Shown piece after piece: positions 47,040 through 55,041 of a DNA stretch of 64,000 bases. The position numbers and the translations under genes were made by a program. The notes under the pieces are model-generated. The model was not told where the DNA came from and did no database searches. It worked only from the letters and a program-made list of their open reading frames with translations. Within the stretch, counting starts at the first letter, position 1. Every line of letters starts with the position of its first letter. The stretch is from Mucilaginibacter sp. (GTDB lineage Bacteria > Bacteroidota > Bacteroidia > Sphingobacteriales > Sphingobacteriaceae), in NCBI RefSeq assembly GCF_028288185.1, contig NZ_JAQBOF010000004.1, forward strand, positions 177,187 through 241,186, given 5' to 3'.

Positions 47040-48224
47040 TTAATACAACAAATGATCATACGGATATCTATCTACATGAATCTGCTTTACATAATCATAT
47101 AATAAGCTCCTAAACTCATCAATATTTTCTTTTTTTGTGGCTGATATAAATATGGCCGGGCTGTTGTTTTTGGCCATCCAGCTATGTTTAAAATCATCCA
47201 GCGTTAACGGCTCCACTTCCTCATCCGGATTCATTTGGATGGGTTGGTAAGCGTCTATCTTATTAAATACAGTGATGGTTTGTTTATCGCTTGCACCCAA
47301 GTCTTTTAACGTTTCATTTACAGCACGTATCTGGTCCTCAAAGCTGGGGTGCGATACGTCAACAACGTGTATCAATATATCCGCTTCGCGCACTTCGTCT
47401 AACGTAGATTTAAAACACTCTACCAAATGGTGAGGTAACTTGCGGATAAAACCAACAGTGTCCGATAACAGGAACGGCACATTCTCAATCACCACTTTTC
47501 TAACTGTAGTATCCAGGGTAGCAAATAATTTATTCTCTGCAAACACATCCGATTTGGATATCATATTCATGATGGTTGATTTGCCAACGTTGGTATAACC
47601 TACTAACGCGACCCTAACCATTGCCGTACGGTTTTTACGTTGTGTCGCGTTTTGCTTATCTATTAGTTTTAGCTTGTCTTTAAGCAGGTCAATTTTATTC
47701 AGGATCAACCTACGGTCAGTCTCAATTTGGCTTTCACCTGGTCCACGCATACCGATACCACCTTTTTGGCGCTCTAAGTGGGTCCATAAACGGGTAAGAC
47801 GTGGAAGTAGATATTGTAACTGTGCCAGTTCCACCTGGGCTTTAGCCTGCGCGGTTTGCGCACGATTAGCAAAAATATCCAATATCAGGTTGTTGCGATC
47901 TAATATTTTAACCTGCAACTCATTCTCAATATTACGCAGTTGCGATGGCGTAAGCTCATCATCAAAAACAACAATATCTATTTCTTCTTCTTTTACAAAT
48001 GCTTTAATATCCTCTAACCGGCCCGAGCCAACAAAGGTTGCCCTGTCCGGTTTCTGTAGTTTTTGGGTAAATATCTTAACGGTTTCGGCTCCGGCAGTAT
48101 CCACCAAAAATTGTAGTTCTTCTAAATATTCTTTCGCTCGCTCATCCGTTTCGTTGGCGGTAATAACGCCAACCAATACAGCTCGTTCCTGCTTCACAGC
48201 AGTATCATAAAATTTTTGTTTCAT
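47040..48224 (-). CDS. hflX: GTPase HflX
   Basis: QVELAQL.Y.LPRL, GPGE..IE.DRR, GYTNVGKS, LFATLDTT, DTVGFI; start MKQKF preferred. Confidence 0.97.
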   Translation of the reverse strand: MKQKFYDTAVKQERAVLVGVITANETDERAKEYLEELQFLVDTAGAETVKIFTQKLQKPDRATFVGSGRLEDIKAFVKEEEIDIVVFDDELTPSQLRNIENELQVKILDRNNLILDIFANRAQTAQAKAQVELAQLQYLLPRLTRLWTHLERQKGGIGMRGPGESQIETDRRLILNKIDLLKDKLKLIDKQNATQRKNRTAMVRVALVGYTNVGKSTIMNMISKSDVFAENKLFATLDTTVRKVVIENVPFLLSDTVGFIRKLPHHLVECFKSTLDEVREADILIHVVDVSHPSFEDQIRAVNETLKDLGASDKQTITVFNKIDAYQPIQMNPDEEVEPLTLDDFKHSWMAKNNSPAIFISATKKENIDEFRSLLYDYVKQIHVDRYPYDHLLY

Positions 48225-48333
48225 TAATAATGATTTAACAATCAAAGTGCCAAGTTACGAAAACTGGTATAAGTGTTGATTAACTAAGTTTTTTATGACA
48301 GAATATCAGGTAAAAAATATTTAACTTTATAAT

Positions 48334-48564
48334 ATGACATTATTAGAGCTCAAAAAATCAATTCATGAGAAGGTCGATAGTTTAGATGATCCAAAGTATT
48401 TAGAGAGATTAGGATCAATAATCGACAAAAGGGAGGATTTATTATTTATTATTCCTGAACATATGCTTGAAGGAATTAGGCAAGGCGAGCAGGATATTAA
48501 AAACGGCGACGTTTATACAATAGAAGATTTTGAGAAAAAGTATGAGAAATGGCTAAAAAAATAG
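48334..48564 (+). CDS. putative antitoxin of a RelE/ParE TA pair
   Basis: 76 aa, acidic C-terminus (IRQGEQDIKNG), overlaps toxin start. Confidence 0.7.
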   Translation: MTLLELKKSIHEKVDSLDDPKYLERLGSIIDKREDLLFIIPEHMLEGIRQGEQDIKNGDVYTIEDFEKKYEKWLKK

Positions 48565-48836
48565 CCTTTTCTAAAAGAGCTTTTATTGATATAGAACGAA
48601 TTACAGATTTTAATAACAATAGAAATCAATCAGACACCTATTCAAGAAAATTCTTGACGGGGCTTAATAAAAGATTATTGTTGTTACCATTACAACCGGA
48701 GAGCGGTATTGCAACTCAAAGAGACAATACTCGATTACTAATTTGGGATCAGTTCTACATATTTTATGGTGAGGATGATAATAGCATTGAAATTAAATCT
48801 ATCTATCACCAAAAAGAAAACGTAGTCACTCGTTAA
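48549..48836 (+). CDS. RelE/ParE family toxin
   Basis: IAFSKRAFIDIERI, P.SG, YIFY, IKSIYH pattern; 95 aa. Confidence 0.75.
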   Translation: MAKKIAFSKRAFIDIERITDFNNNRNQSDTYSRKFLTGLNKRLLLLPLQPESGIATQRDNTRLLIWDQFYIFYGEDDNSIEIKSIYHQKENVVTR

Positions 48837-48850
48837 ATTCATAAGCCAAC

Positions 48851-48885
48851 AAAAAGAGCGACAAGTCTAAACTCATCGCTCTTTT
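48851..48885. terminator. terminator between the TA pair and pdhC
   Basis: AAAAGAGCGA/TCGCTCTTTT stem. Confidence 0.7.
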
Positions 48886-48916
48886 AAATCCGAAATCTAA
48901 AATCCGATATCCGAAA

Positions 48917-50584
48917 TTATATCAATAGCCTTACCGGCTCTTCTAATAATGATTTAAGGGTTTGCAAAAAAGCAGCGCCACTAGCGCCATCAACCACACG
49001 GTGATCGCAACTTAGGGTTACCTTCATAACGTTGCCCGGTACAACCGCACCATTTTTAACTACAGGTATTGCTTGTATGCCGCTAACTGCAAGGATACAG
49101 GCATCAGGCGAGTTAATAATAGCGGTAAACTCATCAACACCAAACATACCTAAGTTTGATATGGTGAAGGTTGAGCCTTCCCAATCTGCAGGTTGTAGTT
49201 TTTTAGCTTTTGCACGTTGCGCGAAGTCTTTAACCTCGACAGATATATGGCTTAATGATTTACCATCAGCAAAACGGATAACATGTACTAACAAACCTTC
49301 GTCACCCGCAACGGCAACACCATTGTGGATATGCTCGTTAGTGCGGATCTTATCGCCTAACCATGATGAATTAATGGTTGGGTGTTGTTTTAACGCGATA
49401 GCGCAAGCTTTCAACACAAAATCATTAAATGATATTTTAACCGGCGCAACCTCATTTATTTTATTACGTGCAGCAATTGCCTGGTCCATGTCTATTGACA
49501 TGGTAACGTAGAAATGCGGCGCGGTAAATAAACTTTCAGACAAGCGTTTGGCAATAACCTTACGCATTTGGCTAACAGGTTTCTCGGTAAATTTCTCTTC
49601 GCCGGTAAAGGTTGGGATGGTTACCGGTGCTTTTGCCGGAGCGGTACTAGCAGCAGTCGCAGGTGCAGCGGCAGTACTTGCAGGTGTAGCACCCGGTTTA
49701 AAGTCTTCAATATCCTTTTTAACAATACGGCCACCTTCGGCAGTGCCTTTAACAGCATTGATGTCGATGCCTTTGTCTTTAGCAATTTTGCGTGCCAGCG
49801 GCGACGCTTTTATGCGGCTGTCGCTATGTGAAGTTTCGGTTTCAGTCTCAGCAGCAGGGGCGCTTTCTGCGGCAGGTGCTGGTGTATTCTGGGCAGTTGG
49901 GGCCGCTTCTGCAGGAGCATCCTGTAATAACGCAGTAATATCAGTTCCTTCTTTACCAACAATGGCAATAATGCCATTTACCGGCGCCGCTTCACCTTCT
50001 TTAGGGCCAATGTATAACAGTGTGCCGGCTTCGTAACCTACTACTTCCATAGTAGCTTTATCAGTTTCAACATCAGCAAGTGAGTCGTCTGATTTTACTT
50101 TATCGCCAACTTTAAAGTTCCATTTATTAATAATGCCTTCGGTCATGGTATCGCTCAAGGCAGGCATACGGATAACCGTTGCCGAGATACTTGAAAGATC
50201 AACCTTTGGCGCAGCTGGTTTTTCAGGTGCAGCTGCAGTAGCAGTTGCAGGAGCTTTATCTTCAGTAGGAGCAGGAGCTTTTTCAGTTTTGGCAGCTTCA
50301 GTGCTACTGCTACCGCCATTTTCAAGCGCTGACTTATAATCTTCGCCCTCTTTACCTAAAACGGCAATCACTTCGTCAACCGGGACAGATTTTCCTTCTT
50401 CCACACCAATGAATAATAATACACCATCCTGGTACGATTCAAAATCCATGGTGGCTTTATCGGTTTCTATCTCGGCCAGTACATCGCCGGATTTTACTTT
50501 ATCCCCAACTTTTTTATGCCATTTAGCTACTACACCATCAGTCATGGTATCGCTCATTTTTGGCATTTTAACTACTTCGGCCAT
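48917..50584 (-). CDS. pdhC: pyruvate dehydrogenase E2 (two lipoyl domains)
   Basis: Two ETDKA lipoyl motifs, ASPLARK E3-binding domain, DHRVVDG. Confidence 0.95.
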   Translation of the reverse strand: MAEVVKMPKMSDTMTDGVVAKWHKKVGDKVKSGDVLAEIETDKATMDFESYQDGVLLFIGVEEGKSVPVDEVIAVLGKEGEDYKSALENGGSSSTEAAKTEKAPAPTEDKAPATATAAAPEKPAAPKVDLSSISATVIRMPALSDTMTEGIINKWNFKVGDKVKSDDSLADVETDKATMEVVGYEAGTLLYIGPKEGEAAPVNGIIAIVGKEGTDITALLQDAPAEAAPTAQNTPAPAAESAPAAETETETSHSDSRIKASPLARKIAKDKGIDINAVKGTAEGGRIVKKDIEDFKPGATPASTAAAPATAASTAPAKAPVTIPTFTGEEKFTEKPVSQMRKVIAKRLSESLFTAPHFYVTMSIDMDQAIAARNKINEVAPVKISFNDFVLKACAIALKQHPTINSSWLGDKIRTNEHIHNGVAVAGDEGLLVHVIRFADGKSLSHISVEVKDFAQRAKAKKLQPADWEGSTFTISNLGMFGVDEFTAIINSPDACILAVSGIQAIPVVKNGAVVPGNVMKVTLSCDHRVVDGASGAAFLQTLKSLLEEPVRLLI

Positions 50585-50632
50585 ATTTATAGGATGAATA
50601 GGATATTTTTAAATTTAGTAATATTATAAAGA

Positions 50633-51628
50633 TTAGTCCATTATATATGGGTAATCTTTTTGCACATAAACATCAGTATATAATTCTGACGCTTCCGGAT
50701 ATGGCGATTCCTCTGCAAACTGTACCGCTTCATCAACCTCGGCTTTTATTTTAGCATCGATCTCTTCAAACCATTTCTCATCAGCATAGCCATTTTTTTC
50801 AATAGCGAGTCTTATGGCTTCAATCGGGTCCTTTGCTTTATAGCTTTCCAACTCTTCTTTGGTGCGATATTTCTGCGGATCAGACATTGAGTGGCCCTTA
50901 TAACGATAAGTGCGCATTTCCAGGAAGGTTGGTCCTTCGCCGTTACGGGCACGTTGTACCGCTTCGTCCATAGCGTTATGTACCGCAACCGGGTCCATGC
51001 CATCAACAGGCGATGAAGGGATGCCGTAAGGCAAGCCTAATTTATAAATATCGGTTTGTATAGTAGTACGCTCAACAGATGTACCCATGGCGTAGCCGTT
51101 GTTCTCGCAAATAAATATTACCGGCAGTTTCCAAAGCGCGGCCATGTTAAATGTTTCGTTTAATGCACCCTGGCGCACCGCACCATCGCCCATATAGGCT
51201 ACGTTTACAAACTCGGTTCCTTTAAATTTCTCGGCAAAAGCAATACCTGCACCCAAAGGGATCTGGCCGCCTACTATACCATGGCCACCATAAAAGTGGT
51301 GCTCTTTACTAAACATGTGCATGGAGCCACCTTTGCCTTTTGAGCATCCGGTTGCTTTGCCATAAAGCTCTGCCATGATAGAATTTGAGGTTACACCTTG
51401 AGCAATAGCATGTGCGTGATCGCGATAAGCAGTGATCATGCTATCTCCCTTTTTTAATACAGACATGGCGCCGGCTAGTACCGCCTCCTGGCCAATATAC
51501 AAGTGACAAAAGCCCCTTATTTTTTGCTGACCATATAATTGTCCTGCCTTCTCCTCAAACTTGCGCATCAGGAGCATGGACTCGTACCACTTTAAATAAG
51601 TGTCTTTATTTATTTCGATTGAACTCAT
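50633..51628 (-). CDS. pdhA: pyruvate dehydrogenase E1 alpha
   Basis: GFCHLYIGQEA, YRDH, GDGA..QG..NE..N TPP motif, YRYKGHSMSD. Confidence 0.97.
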   Translation of the reverse strand: MSSIEINKDTYLKWYESMLLMRKFEEKAGQLYGQQKIRGFCHLYIGQEAVLAGAMSVLKKGDSMITAYRDHAHAIAQGVTSNSIMAELYGKATGCSKGKGGSMHMFSKEHHFYGGHGIVGGQIPLGAGIAFAEKFKGTEFVNVAYMGDGAVRQGALNETFNMAALWKLPVIFICENNGYAMGTSVERTTIQTDIYKLGLPYGIPSSPVDGMDPVAVHNAMDEAVQRARNGEGPTFLEMRTYRYKGHSMSDPQKYRTKEELESYKAKDPIEAIRLAIEKNGYADEKWFEEIDAKIKAEVDEAVQFAEESPYPEASELYTDVYVQKDYPYIMD

Positions 51629-52007
51629 TTGTCAAACAACCAGTTTACGTATAATGCGCAAATCTAATTATATCTTGCAAATTATCGAAACCTGAACAGA
51701 TTTGTTATGAAGTTTTATTTTGGTGATTAGAGCCCCAATAGCTATCGGGAGGAGGTAGAGTTAGATTTATACAATTGCAAGCATGAAAAGATTGAAAAAT
51801 TATGACATTCAAAAGCTAATTACTAATCACCCATCCCTGCCCCCTGAACCGAAGGTTATTAAGAAAGGTGGAAAAATAAAAAATGTTAATAAAAACAGCT
51901 TTTTGCTTGTGTTTTACAAATAATTGGATAGTTTTGTATTCAGCCTTATCGAATATGTGCAACAAAATGGACACTTTGTCCGTTTAACAAGAACGAAACA
52001 AGGAATA

Positions 52008-52589
52008 ATGAAGAAAACGATACTGGCAATTGCCTTATTTTTCAGCGTTTTAGCCGTTCAGGCCCAAACAAAAACTGTTCCAAATCAGCCGGCTGATAAA
52101 CCTGCTGATGAACAAGAAAGCTTAGCAAAGGATTATTTGTCGCAAATTATGCATGTCGCAGTTTCTGCAACATCAAACTTGAAACTTTTTAATTTTGTTT
52201 ATGATTGGATAGGCACACCTTACCGTTTTGGCGGTAATACAAAAAAAGGTGTTGATTGCTCGGCATTTACCAAACAGTTATACGATCAGGTATTTAATTT
52301 AGATATTAAACGTAATTCGCGCGATATCTTCAGCATGGTTAGCCCGGTTAGTAAGGACGACTTGAAAGAAGGCGATCTGGTTTTCTTTAAAATACATAGC
52401 CGTAGCATATCACACATTGGCATTTATTTAGGTAATAGCCGTTTTGCGCATGCCTCATTAAAAGGTGTTGCCATAAGCAGCCTTGACGATGCTTATTACA
52501 GCCGTTATTTTTACAAAGGTGGCCGTGTACTGGCAGCGTTTAAAAATGAATTAGGCTCATTGCCTGATGATAGTAAAGACAATAATTAA
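52008..52589 (+). CDS. NlpC/P60 (C40) cell-wall peptidase
   Basis: WIGTPYRFGG, GVDCSAF, GDLVFF, HIGIY, FAHAS; start MKKTI at 52008. Confidence 0.93.
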   Translation: MKKTILAIALFFSVLAVQAQTKTVPNQPADKPADEQESLAKDYLSQIMHVAVSATSNLKLFNFVYDWIGTPYRFGGNTKKGVDCSAFTKQLYDQVFNLDIKRNSRDIFSMVSPVSKDDLKEGDLVFFKIHSRSISHIGIYLGNSRFAHASLKGVAISSLDDAYYSRYFYKGGRVLAAFKNELGSLPDDSKDNN

Positions 52590-52608
52590 TCAAGATATTT
52601 AGCTGTTG

Positions 52609-52641
52609 AAAATCCTTTCAGAAATTGAGGGATTTTTTTTT
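52609..52641 (+). terminator. intrinsic terminator
   Basis: Imperfect ATCCTTTCA/TGAGGGAT stem plus T-run. Confidence 0.65.
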
Positions 52642-52733
52642 GACTGATTTTTAATTTTTATAACGAAGTATTATATCACAAAAAGCTCATCTACCTTAGA
52701 TAGATGAGCCCTGGAAACTTTTAGCGAAACTTT

Positions 52734-52928
52734 TTAGTTGTTTATTTTACGATTTAGTTGATCGCACAGTAAGGTCACACCTGCAAAAAACAGTATGCAA
52801 CCTAATAAAGTTAGGCCCGCAAACAAGCTCCGGGTAATGTAGCTGGTTAATACGCCTATTATAGCAAAGGTTAGCCCGGTAATTCCTAATAAAGTTAATA
52901 CGGTGCCTAAAGGTGATTTTGTTTCCAT
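52734..52928 (-). CDS. small two-TM membrane protein
   Basis: 64 aa from METKSPLG; hairpin terminator 52685-52709 downstream. Confidence 0.6.
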   Translation of the reverse strand: METKSPLGTVLTLLGITGLTFAIIGVLTSYITRSLFAGLTLLGCILFFAGVTLLCDQLNRKINN

Positions 52929-53123
52929 AATCTGTTTATTTAATTGGGGTATACAATAAATAAACAAATAACGCACCAATGAAATTAGGGCGCCTAACCA
53001 GGTTCAAAGCCTTTGTGGATTTGATTTTAGTGGGGAATTGGGATAGGATTTATATCCACACTTCCCCACATTTTATGGATTTATTGTAACACGCGGGTTG
53101 CAATAATGTCTAACCATAAATAA

Positions 53124-53309
53124 TCAGGCTTCATCCTTTGTAGTACGAACAAGACTTATGCCCGTCAAAAAGAAAATTATTGCAATAATGCCCACAACTG
53201 TTAATGTGGTAAAATTGGCATCGTGTTGTATTATGCCAATCCCTGTGTATATTAATCCAATAATTCCCAATATGGTTAGTATGGTGCCGAAGGTTCTTTT
53301 TACATTCAT
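53124..53309 (-). CDS. small two-TM membrane protein (paralog of preceding)
   Basis: 61 aa; GTILTILGIIGL pattern. Confidence 0.7.
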   Translation of the reverse strand: MNVKRTFGTILTILGIIGLIYTGIGIIQHDANFTTLTVVGIIAIIFFLTGISLVRTTKDEA

Positions 53310-53390
53310 TTTGTTGCTGATTTTTATATGAAAAACAAATAATACACTTTAATAAATAACACTATATTTATTTCAATTAACTTATAAACC

Positions 53391-54335
53391 ATGACAAGCC
53401 AAATAGTTTCATTATTAGTAATATTTATTTTGCTGATAATAGTATTTTCATCATTTGTAACCGTTAAACAAGGCACAATAGCTGTAATTACTGTGTTTGG
53501 CAAATTCCGGCGAATATTAACCCCCGGATTAAACTTTAAAATACCGTTGGTTGAGGCCATATACTCTAAAATATCTATTCAAAACCGTTCTGTCGAACTG
53601 GAGTTTCAGGCAGTAACGTTTGACCAGGCTAATGTGTATTTTAAAGCTATGTTACTTTATTCTGTACTGGATCAGCAGGAAGAAACTATAAAAAATGTCG
53701 CTTTTAAATTTGTTGATGAGCGTAACCTCATGCAAGCGTTGATACGTACGGTAGAAGGCTCTATCCGGGCTTTTGTGGCTACCAAGCGCCAATCAGAAGT
53801 ATTGATATTAAGACGCGATATTGTAGACCATGTAAAAGAGCAATTAGACCAGATATTAGAAACGTGGGGATACCATTTACAGGATCTGCAATTAAATGAT
53901 ATTACGTTTGATGAAGTGATTATGAAATCAATGAGCCAGGTGGTAGCATCAAACAACTTAAAAGCCGCTGCCGAAAACGAGGGCCAGGCTTTATTGATCA
54001 CCAAAACAAAAGCTGCCGAAGCGGAAGGTAATGCCATCAAAATATCAGCCGAGGCCGAACGCCAGGCATCGCAACTACGTGGACAGGGTGTGGCGCTGTT
54101 TCGCCAGGAAGTGGCCAAGGGTATGACCGTAGCTGCTAAAGAAATGGAAACCGCACACATGGACACCTCTGTAATTTTATTCACCATGTGGACAGAGTCT
54201 ATTAAACACTTTGCCGAAAACTCTCAAGGCAACGTAATATTCCTTGATGGCTCAACCGATGCTATGCATCAAACCATGAAAGAAATGATGAGCCTCAACA
54301 TTTTACAATCTGATAAAATAAAGAAAACAAAATAA
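53391..54335 (+). CDS. SPFH/band 7 domain protein
   Basis: N-terminal TM, FGKFRRILTPGL, AE/AAE-rich coiled coil. Confidence 0.92.
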   Translation: MTSQIVSLLVIFILLIIVFSSFVTVKQGTIAVITVFGKFRRILTPGLNFKIPLVEAIYSKISIQNRSVELEFQAVTFDQANVYFKAMLLYSVLDQQEETIKNVAFKFVDERNLMQALIRTVEGSIRAFVATKRQSEVLILRRDIVDHVKEQLDQILETWGYHLQDLQLNDITFDEVIMKSMSQVVASNNLKAAAENEGQALLITKTKAAEAEGNAIKISAEAERQASQLRGQGVALFRQEVAKGMTVAAKEMETAHMDTSVILFTMWTESIKHFAENSQGNVIFLDGSTDAMHQTMKEMMSLNILQSDKIKKTK

Positions 54336-54397
54336 TAATAGGATAAACCTTTACCTTTGGATTCAGTCTTAAAGGCAAAGTTTTAAACTATTAATTA

Positions 54398-54964
54398 ATG
54401 AGATTGAGATTTGTGCGGGTGCTTTGCGCAGCGGGCTTATGGCTAAGCATAAATAATTTGGCTTCGGCCCAGGATGGCTACCATCAATTAACGGTTGAGG
54501 ATTTTAGAGGCTCCCCGCGCCCAGGTGATAATAACGCTATAGCACACACTAAATGCTCTATTAATTTCCATTATGAAGGGGCGGGACAGGGCGATAACTT
54601 TAAATTGAACTTTGATGTGCGCCTAACGGTTGACCGCGACCGCTCATGGATTGATAGGAAACGGGTAACAGACAATAAACAACTTGCCCGTATACTTAGC
54701 CACGAGCAGGGACACTATACCATATCCTATATGGAGCAGCAAGAACTGATGCGTATGATTAACCGCACACGGTTTGATGAAAATTATTACAGATCGCAAG
54801 CAAGCGACCTGTTTAGCCGCATCCACGCCAAATACCAGCAGCTAAACGCTAACTACGATCTTGACACCCAAAATATGCGCGATAAAATCCAACAGCATAG
54901 CTGGGACGTGTATTTTCAAAAACGCGTAGAGTATATGCCGCCGATAGCGAAGGTGGGGTATTAA
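54398..54964 (+). CDS. DUF922-like putative zinc-dependent protease, secreted
   Basis: LT.EDFRG, ILSHEQGHY (HExxH). Confidence 0.75.
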   Translation: MRLRFVRVLCAAGLWLSINNLASAQDGYHQLTVEDFRGSPRPGDNNAIAHTKCSINFHYEGAGQGDNFKLNFDVRLTVDRDRSWIDRKRVTDNKQLARILSHEQGHYTISYMEQQELMRMINRTRFDENYYRSQASDLFSRIHAKYQQLNANYDLDTQNMRDKIQQHSWDVYFQKRVEYMPPIAKVGY

Positions 54965-54966
54965 TC

Positions 54967-55041
54967 AGTTTGCAGTGGGTAGTTTGCAGTGCGCAGAGAA
55001 TAACTTAGAAACTAAAAACTGCAAACCGCCCACTGCCAACT
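54967..55041. repeat. inverted heptamer arrays (AGTTTGC family)
   Basis: AGTTTGC AGTGGGT AGTTTGC AGTGCGC ... AAAAACT GCAAACC GCCCACT GCCAACT. Confidence 0.8.

Noticed and set aside
48917-51628. Missing pdhB between pdhA and pdhC
   Set aside because: The E1-beta gene is commonly unlinked in Bacteroidota; not unusual.
51720-51832. Possible additional heptamer hairpin (TGGTGATTAG / CTAATTACTAATCACC)
   Set aside because: Only about two units per arm; too decayed to call.
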